The notes under the pieces: generated by a model
The model's input: the letters and a program-made list of their open reading frames with translations, nothing else
What the model was told of the DNA's origin: nothing
The model's database searches: none
Shown: positions 55,701 through 64,000 of the stretch, one piece after another
How positions within the stretch are numbered: the stretch's first letter is position 1
How the letters are laid out: the number at the start of each line of letters is the position of its first letter
DNA from: Eledone cirrhosa
Lineage: Eukaryota
Reading direction: 5' to 3'
DNA length: 64,000 nt
NCBI GenBank assembly: GCA_964016885.1
Contig: OZ024745.1
Span: 21,886,001-21,950,000 of the forward strand
Program-made: the position numbers and the translations under genes

Positions 55701-58700
55701 TAGTTATGTTTCTGTTCTATATAGTTATATCTCTGTTCTATATAGTTATGGTTCTGTTCTGTATAGTTATGGTTCTGTTCTATATAGTTATATTTCTGTT
55801 CTATGTAGTTATGGTTCTGTTCTATATAGTTATGGTACTGTTCTATATAGTTATGGTTCTGTTCTGTATAGTTATGGTTCTGTTCTATATAGTTATGGTT
55901 CTGTTCTATATAGTAATGGTTCTGTTCTATATAGTTATGGTTCTGTTCTATATAGTTATGGTTCTGTTCTATATAGTTATGGCTCTGTTCTATATAGTTA
56001 TGTTTCTGTTCTATATAGTTATATCTCTGTTCTATATAGTTATGGTTCTGTTCTGTATAGTTATGGTTCTGTTCTATATAGTTATATTTCTGTTCTATGT
56101 AGTTATGGTTCTGTTCTATATAGTTATGGTTCTGTTCTATCTAGTTATGGTTCTGTTCTATATAGTTATATTTCTGTTCTATATAGTTATATTTCTGTTC
56201 TATATAGTTATTGTTCTGTTCTATATAGTTATGGTTCTGTTCTATATAATTATATTTCTGTTCTGTATAGTTATTGTTCTGTTCTATATAGTTTTGGTTC
56301 TGTTCTATATAGTTATGGTTCTGTTCTATATAGTTATATTTCTGTTCTATATAGTTATATTTCTGTTCTATATAGTTATGGTTCTGTTCTGTATAGTTAT
56401 GGTTCTGTTATGTATAGTTATGGTACTGTTCTATATAGTTATGGTCCTGTTCTATATAGTTATGGTTCTGTTCTATATAGTTATGGTTCTGTTCTATATA
56501 GTTATATTTCTGTTCTATATAGTTATGGTTCTGTTCTATATAGTTATATTTCTGTTCTATATAGTTATGGTTCTGTTCTATATAGTTATGGTTCTGTTCT
56601 ATATAGTTATGGTTCTGTTCTGTATAGTTATGGTTCTTTTCTATATAGTTATGGTTCTGTTCTATATAGTTATGGTACTATTCTATATAGTTATGGTTCT
56701 GTTCTGTGTAGTTATATTTCTGTTCTATATAGTTATGGTTCTGTTCTATATAGTTATGATTCTGTTCTGTATAGTTATGGTTCTGTTCTATATAGTTATG
56801 GTTCTGTTCTATATAGTTATATTTCTGTTCTTTATAGTTATTGTTCTGTTCTATATAGTTATGGTTCTGTTCTATCTAGTTATGGTTCTGTTCTATATAG
56901 TTATATTTCTGTTCTTTATAGTTAATGTTCTGTTCTATATAGTTATGGTTCTGTTCTATATAGTTATGTTTCTGTTCTATATAGTTATATTTCTGTTCTG
57001 TATAATTATTGTTCTGTTCTATATAGTTTTGGTTCTGTTCTATATAGTTATGGTTCTGTTCTATATAGTTATATTTCTGTTCTATATAGTTATATTTCTG
57101 TTCTACATAGTTATGGTACTGTTCTATATAGTTATTGTTCTGTTCTATATATTTATGGTTCTGTTCTATATAGTTATGGTTCTGTTCTATATAGTTATGG
57201 TTCTTTTCTATATAGTTATGGTTCTGTTCTATATAATTATGGTTCTGTTCTATATAGTTATATTTCTGTTCTATATAGTTATTGTTCTGTTCTATATAGT
57301 TGTGGTTCTGTTCTATATAGTTATGGTTCTGTTCTATATAGTTATGGTTCTGTTCTATATAGTTATGGTTCTGTTCTATATAGTTATTATTCTGTTCTGT
57401 ATAGTTATGGTACTGTTCTATATGGTTATGGTTCTGTTCTATATAGTTATGGTTCTGTTCTATATAGTTATGGTTCTGTTCTGTATAGTTATGGTACTGT
57501 TCTATATGGTTATGGTTCTGTTCTATCTAGTTATGGTTCTGTTCTATATAGTTATGGTTCTGTTCTATATAGTTATATTTCTGTTCTATATAGTTATTGT
57601 TCTGTTCTATATAGTTATGGTTCTGTTCTATATAGTTATATTTCTGTTCTGTATAGTTATTGTTCTGTTCTATATAGTTTTGGTTCTGTTCTATATAGTT
57701 ATGGTTCTGTTCTATATAGTTATATTTCTGTTCTATATTGTTATATTTCTGTTCTATATAGTTATGGTTCTGTTCTGTATAGTTATGGTTCTGTTCTGTA
57801 TAGTTATGGTACTGTTCTATATAGTTATGGTCCTGTTCTATATAGTTATGGTTCTGTTCTATATATTTATGGTTCTGTTCTATATAGTTATGGTTCTGTT
57901 CTATATAGTTATGGTTCTTTTCTATATAGTTATGGTTCTGTTCTATATAGTTATGGTTCTGTTCTATATAGTTATATTTCTGTTCTATATAGTTATTGTT
58001 CTGTTCTATATAGTTATGTTTCTGTTCTATATAGTTATGGTTCTGTTCTGTATAGTTATGGTTCTGTTCTATATAGTTATGGTTCTGTTCTATATAGTTA
58101 TGGTTCTGTTCTATATAGTTATGTTTCTGTTCTATATAGTTATGGTTCTGTTCTATATAGTTATGGTTCTGTTCTATATAGTTATGGTTCTGTTCTATAT
58201 AGTTATGGTTCCGTTCTGTATAGTTATGGTTCTTTTCTATATAGTTATGGATCTGTTCTATATAGTTATGGTTCTGTTCTATATAGTTATGTTTCTGTTC
58301 TGTATAGTTATGGTTCTGTTCTATATAGTTATGGTTCTGCTCTATATAATTATGGTACTATTCTATATAGTTATGGTTCTGTTCTGTATAGTTATATTTC
58401 TGTTCTATATAGTTATGGTTCTGTTCTATATAGTTATGATTCTGTTCTGTATAGTTATGGTTCTGTTCTATATAGTTATGGTTCTGTTCTATATAGTTAT
58501 ATTTCTGTTCTTTATAGTTATTGTTCTGTTCTATATAGTTATGGTTCTGTTCTATCTAGTTATGGTTCTGTTCTATATAGTTATGGTTCTGTTCTATATA
58601 GTTATATTTCTGTTCTATATAGTTATTGTTCTGTTCTATATAGTTATGGTTCTGTTCTATATAGTTATATTTCTGTTCTGTATAGTTATTGTTCTGTTCT

Positions 58701-61700
58701 ATATAGTTTTGGTTCTGTTCTATATAGTTATGGTTCTGTTCTATATAGTTATATTTCTGTTCTATATAGTTATATTTCTGTTCTATATAGTTATGGTTCT
58801 GTTCTGTATAGTTATGGTTCTGTTCTGTATAGTTATGGTACTGTTCTATATAGTTATGGTCCTGTTCTATATAGTTATGGTTCTGTTCTATATATTTATG
58901 GTTCTGTTCTATATAGTTATGGTTCTGTTCTATATAGTTATGGTTCTTTTCTATATAGTTATGGTTCTGTTCTATATAGTTATGGTTCTGTTCTATATAG
59001 TTATATTTCTGTTCTATATAGTTATTGTTCTGTTCTATATAGTTATGGTTCTGTTCTATATAGTTATGGTTCTGTTCTGTATAGTTATGGTTCTGTTCTA
59101 TATAGTTATGGTTCTGTTCTGTATAGTTATGGTTCTGTTCTATATAGTTATTGTTCTGTTCTATATAGTTATGGTTCTTTTCTATATAGTTATGGTTCTG
59201 TTCTGTATAGTTATGGTTCTGTTCTATATAGTTATGGTTCTGTTCTGTATAGTTATGGTTCTGTTCTATATAGTTATGGTTCTGTTCTGTATAGTTATGG
59301 TACTGTTCTGTATAGTTATGATTCTGTTCTATACAGTTATATTTCTGTTCTATATAGTTATGGTACTGTTCTATATACTTATGGTTCTGTTCTGTATAGT
59401 TATGGTTCTGTTCTATATAGTTATGGTTCTGTTCTCTATAGTAATGGTTCTGTTCTATATAGTTATGGTTCTGTTCTATATAGTTATGGTTCTGTTCTAT
59501 ATAGTTATGGCTCTGTTCTATATAGTTATGTTTCTGTTCTATATAGTTATATCTCTGTTCTATATAGTTATGGTTCTGTTCTGTATAGTTATGGTTCTGT
59601 TCTATATAGTTATATTTCTGTTCTATGTAGTTATGGTTCTGTTCTATATAGTTATGGTACTGTTCTATATAGTTATGGTTCTGTTCTGTATAGTTATGGT
59701 TCTGTTCTATATAGTTATGGTTCTGTTCTATATAGTAATGGTTCTGTTCTATATAGTTATGGTTCTGTTCTATATAGTTATGGTTCTGTTCTATATAGTT
59801 ATGGCTCTGTTCTATATAGTTATGTTTCTGTTCTATATAGTTATATCTCTGTTCTATATAGTTATGGTTCTGTTCTGTATAGTTATGGTTCTGTTCTATA
59901 TAGTTATATTTCTGTTCTATGTAGTTATGGTTCTGTTCTATATAGTTATGGTTCTGTTCTATCTAGTTATGGTTCTGTTCTATATAGTTATATTTCTGTT
60001 CTATATAGTTATATTTCTGTTCTATATAGTTATTGTTCTGTTCTATATAGTTATGGTTCTGTTCTATATAGTTATATTTCTGTTCTGTATAGTTATTGTT
60101 CTGTTCTATATAGTTTTGGTTCTGTTCTATATAGTTATGGTTCTGTTCTATATAGTTATATTTCTGTTCTATATAGTTATATTTCTGTTCTATATAGTTA
60201 TGGTTCTGTTCTGTATAGTTATGGTTCTGTTCTGTATAGTTATGGTACTGTTCTATATAGTTATGGTCCTGTTCTATATAGTTATGGTTCTGTTCTATAT
60301 AGTTATGGTTCTGTTCTATATAGTTATATTTCTGTTCTATATAGTTATGGTTCTGTTCTATATAGTTATATTTCTGTTCTATATAGTTATGGTTCTGTTC
60401 TATATAGTTATGGTTCTGTTCTATATAGTTATGGTTCTGTTCTATATAGTTATGGTTCTGTTCTGTATAGTTATGGTTCTTTTCTATATAGTTATGGTTC
60501 TGTTCTATATAGTTATGGTACTATTCTATATAGTTATGGTTCTGTTCTGTGTAGTTATATTTCTGTTCTATATAGTTATGGTTCTGTTCTATATAGTTAT
60601 GATTCTGTTCTGTATAGTTATGGTTCTGTTCTATATAGTTATGGTTCTGTTCTATATAGTTATATTTCTGTTCTTTATAGTTATTGTTCTGTTCTATATA
60701 GTTATGGTTCTGTTCTATCTAGTTATGGTTCTGTTCTATATAGTTATATTTCTGTTCTTTATAGTTATTGTTCTGTTCTATATAGTTATGGTTCTGTTCT
60801 ATATAGTTATGTTTCTGTTCTATATAGTTATATTTCTGTTCTGTATAATTATTGTTCTGTTCTATATAGTTTTGGTTCTGTTCTATATAGTTATGGTTCT
60901 GTTCTATATAGTTATATTTCTGTTCTATATAGTTATATTTCTGTTCTACATAGTTATGGTACTGTTCTATATAGTTATGGTACTGTTCTATATAGTTATT
61001 GTTCTGTTCTATATAGTTATGGTTCTGTTCTATATAGTTATGGTTCTGTTCTATATAGTTATATTTCTGTTCTATATAATTATTGTTCTGTTCTATATAG
61101 TTGTGGTTCTGTTCTATATAGTTATGGTTCTGTTCTATATAGTTATGGTTCTGTTCTATATAGTTATGGTTCTGTTCTATATAGTTATTATTCTGTTCTG
61201 TATAGTTATGGTACTGTTCTATATAGTTATGGTCCTGTTCTATATAGTTATGGTTCTGTTCTATATATTTATGGTTCTGTTCTATATAGTTATGGTTCTG
61301 TTCTATATAGTTATGGTTCTTTTCTATATAGTTAAGGTTCTATTCTATATAGTTATATTTCTGTTCTGTATAGTTATTGTTCTGTTCTATATAGTTATTG
61401 TTCTGTTCTATCTAGTTATGGTTGTTTTCTATATAGTTATGGTTCTGTTCTATATAGTTATATTTCTGTTCTATATAGTTATTGTTCTGTTCTATATAGT
61501 TATGGTTCTGTTCTATATAGTTATGGTTCTGTTCTATATAATTATATTTCTGTTCTGTATAGTTATTTTTATGTTCTATATAGTTATGGTTCTGTTCTAT
61601 ATAGTTATGGTTCTGTTCTATATAGTTATGTTTCTGTTCTATATAGTTATGGCTCTGTTCTATATAGTTATGGTTCTGTTCTATATAGTTATGGTTCTGT

Positions 61701-64000
61701 TCTATATAGTTATGGTTCTGTTCTGTATAGTTATGGTTCTTGTCTATATAGTTATGGATCTGTTCTATATAGTTATGGTTCTGTTCTATATAGTTATGTT
61801 TCTGTTCTATATAGTTATGGTTCTGTTCTATATAGTTATGGTTCTGTTCTATATAGTTATGGTTCTGTTCTATATAGTTATGGTTCTGTTCTGTATAGTT
61901 ATGGTTCTTTTCTATATAGTTATGGATGTGTTCTGTATAGTTATGGTTCTGTTCTATATAGTTATGGTTCTGCTCTATATAATTATGGTACTATTCTATA
62001 TAGTTATGGTTCTGTTCTGTATAGTTATATTTCTGTTCTATATAGTTATGGTTCTGTTCTATATAGTTATGATTCTGTTCTGTATAATTATGGTTCTGTT
62101 CTATATAGTTATGGTTCTGTTCTATATAGTTATATTTCTGTTCTTTATAGTTATTGTTCTGTTCTATATAGTTATGGTTCTGTTCTATCTAGTTATGGTT
62201 CTGTTCTATATAGTTATGGTTCTGTTCTATATAGTTATATTTCTGTTCTATATAGTTATTGTTCTGTTCTATATAGTTATGGTTCTGTTCTATATAGTTA
62301 TATTTCTGTTCTGTATAGTTATTGTTCTGTTCTATATAGTTTTGGTTCAGTTCTATATAGTTATGGTTCTGTTCTATATAGTTATATTTCTGTTCTATAT
62401 AGTTATATTTCTGTTCTATATAGTTATGGTTCTGTTCTGTATAGTTATGGTTCTGTTCTGTATAGTTATGGTACTGTTCTATAAAGTTATGGTCCTGTTC
62501 TATATAGTTATGGTCCTGTTCTATATATTTATGGTTCTGTTCTATATAGTTATGGTTCTGTTCTATATAGTTATGGTTCTTTTCTATATAGTTATGGTTC
62601 TGTTCTATATAGTTATGGTTCTGTTCTATATAGTTATATTTCTGTTCTATATAGTTATTGTTCTGTTCTATATAGTTATGGTTCTGTTCTATATAGTTAT
62701 GGTTCTGTTCTGTATAGTTATGGTTCTGTTCTATATAGTTATGGTTCTGTTCTGTATAGTTATGGTTCTGTTCTATATAGTTATTGTTCTGTTCTATATA
62801 GTTATGGTTCTATTCTATATAGTTATGGTTCTGTTCTGTATAGTTATGGTTCTGTTCTATATAGTTATGGTTCTGTTCTGTATAGTTATGGTTCTGTTCT
62901 ATATAGTTATGGTTCTGTTCTGTATAGTTATGGTAATGTTCTGTATAGTTATGATTCTGTTCTATACAGTTATATTTCTGTTCTATATAGTTATGGTACT
63001 GTTCTATATAGTTATGGTTCTGTTCTGTATAGTTATGGTTCTGTTCTATATAGTTATGGTTCTGTTCTATATAGTAATGGTTCTGTTCTATATAGTTATG
63101 GTTCTGTTCTATATAGTTATGGTTCTGTTCTATATAGTTATGGCTCTGTTCTATATAGTTATGTTTCTGTTCTATATAGTTATATCTCTGTTCTATATAG
63201 TTATGGTTCTGTTCTGTATAGTTATGGTTCTGTTCTATATAGTTATATTTCTGTTCTATGTAGTTATGGTTCTGTTCTATATAGTTATGGTTCTGTTCTA
63301 TCTAGTTATGGTTCTGTTCTATATAGTTATGGTTCTGTTCTATATAGTTATATTTCTGTTCTATATAGTTATTGTTCTGTTCTATATAGTTATGGTTCTG
63401 TTCTATATAGTTATATTTTTGTTCTGTATAGTTATTGTTCTGTTCTATATCGTTTTGGTTCTGTTCTATATAGTTATGGTTCTGTTCTATATAGTTATAT
63501 TTCTGTTCTATATAGTTATATTTCTGTTCTATATAGTTATGGTTCTGTTCTGTATAGTTATGGTTCTGTTCTGTATAGTTATGGTACTGTTCTATATAGT
63601 TATGATCCTGTTCTATATAGTTATGGTTCTGTTCTATATATTTATGGTTCTGTTCTATATAGTTATGGTTCTGTTCTATATAGTTATGGTTCTTTTCTAT
63701 ATAGTTATGGTTCTGTTCTATATAGTTATGGTTCTGTTCTATATAGTTATATTTCTGTTCTATATAGTTATTGTTCTGTTCTATATAGTTATGGTTCTGT
63801 TCTATATAGTTATGGTTCTGTTCTGTATAGTTATGGTTCTGTTCTATATAGTCATGGTTCTTTTCTATATAGTTATGGTTCTGTTCTATATAGTTATGGT
63901 TCTGTTCTATACAGTTATATTTCTGTTCTATATAGTTATTGTTCTGTTCTATATAGTTATGGTTCTGTTCTATATAGTTATGGTTCTGTTCTGTATAGTT

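Larger units (their letters stand above)
1..64000. repeat. 21-bp tandem repeat array (satellite/large minisatellite), consensus ATGGTTCTGTTCTATATAGTT, ~3,047 monomers, open at both window ends
   Basis: Read directly throughout the window. Monomer starts at 61 and 63980 are 63,919 bp apart = 3,044 x 21 - 5, which matches the seven 20-bp and two 22-bp monomers found. All copies are in one orientation. Confidence 0.99.

Noticed and set aside
6855-56925. GSVLYSY-repeat ORFs as Gly/Tyr-rich structural proteins
   Set aside because: Their starts come from chance ATG variants inside the array. There is no signal peptide or unique terminus, and the ORFs switch into the MVLFYIV frame at indels.
1-64000. 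CRISPR array or other repeat-spacer system
   Set aside because: Monomers abut directly. There are no unique spacers, leader or cas genes.
1-64000. Telomerase-made telomeric tract with a long unit
   Set aside because: It matches no telomere repeat I know. Multi-kb duplicated variant patterns point to recombinational amplification, not templated addition. A subtelomeric location is not excluded.
1-64000. Variant order as a functional information store (diversity-generating or antigenic-variation cassette)
   Set aside because: No recombinase, reverse transcriptase, expression site or unique flank is present. Ordinary duplication history explains the pattern.
1-64000. Whole array as a sequencing or synthetic concatemer artefact
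   Set aside because: Variants and indels are inherited hierarchically between blocks, which random error or rolling-circle copying of one template would not produce. Individual near-identical blocks could still be mis-assembled.

Overview
The whole 64-kb window is one uninterrupted, head-to-tail tandem array of a 21-bp monomer, consensus ATGGTTCTGTTCTATATAGTT (reverse complement AACTATATAGAACAGAACCAT). It holds about 3,047 full monomers plus a partial one at the left edge, and it runs off both ends. The consensus is ~29% GC and strongly strand-skewed (11 of 21 bases are T on the + strand). I see no unique sequence, gene, RNA gene, transposon, CRISPR spacer or inversion. The very long ORFs in the track (MVLFYIV-, GSVLYSY- and NYIEQNH-type heptads) are best explained as by-products of a monomer whose length is a multiple of 3 and which has no stop in 3 of 6 frames. 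The information is in the order of monomer variants. Rare variants, and nine 20/22-bp monomers from about five independent indel events, reveal nested duplications of 126 bp, 294 bp, ~1.8 kb, 2,058 bp, ~3.2 kb, ~4.6 kb and ~5.1 kb, whose offsets are whole numbers of monomers once those indels are counted. The pattern resembles a eukaryotic satellite or large minisatellite, but the organism and repeat family cannot be assigned from the sequence alone. I found no support for a new gene system.
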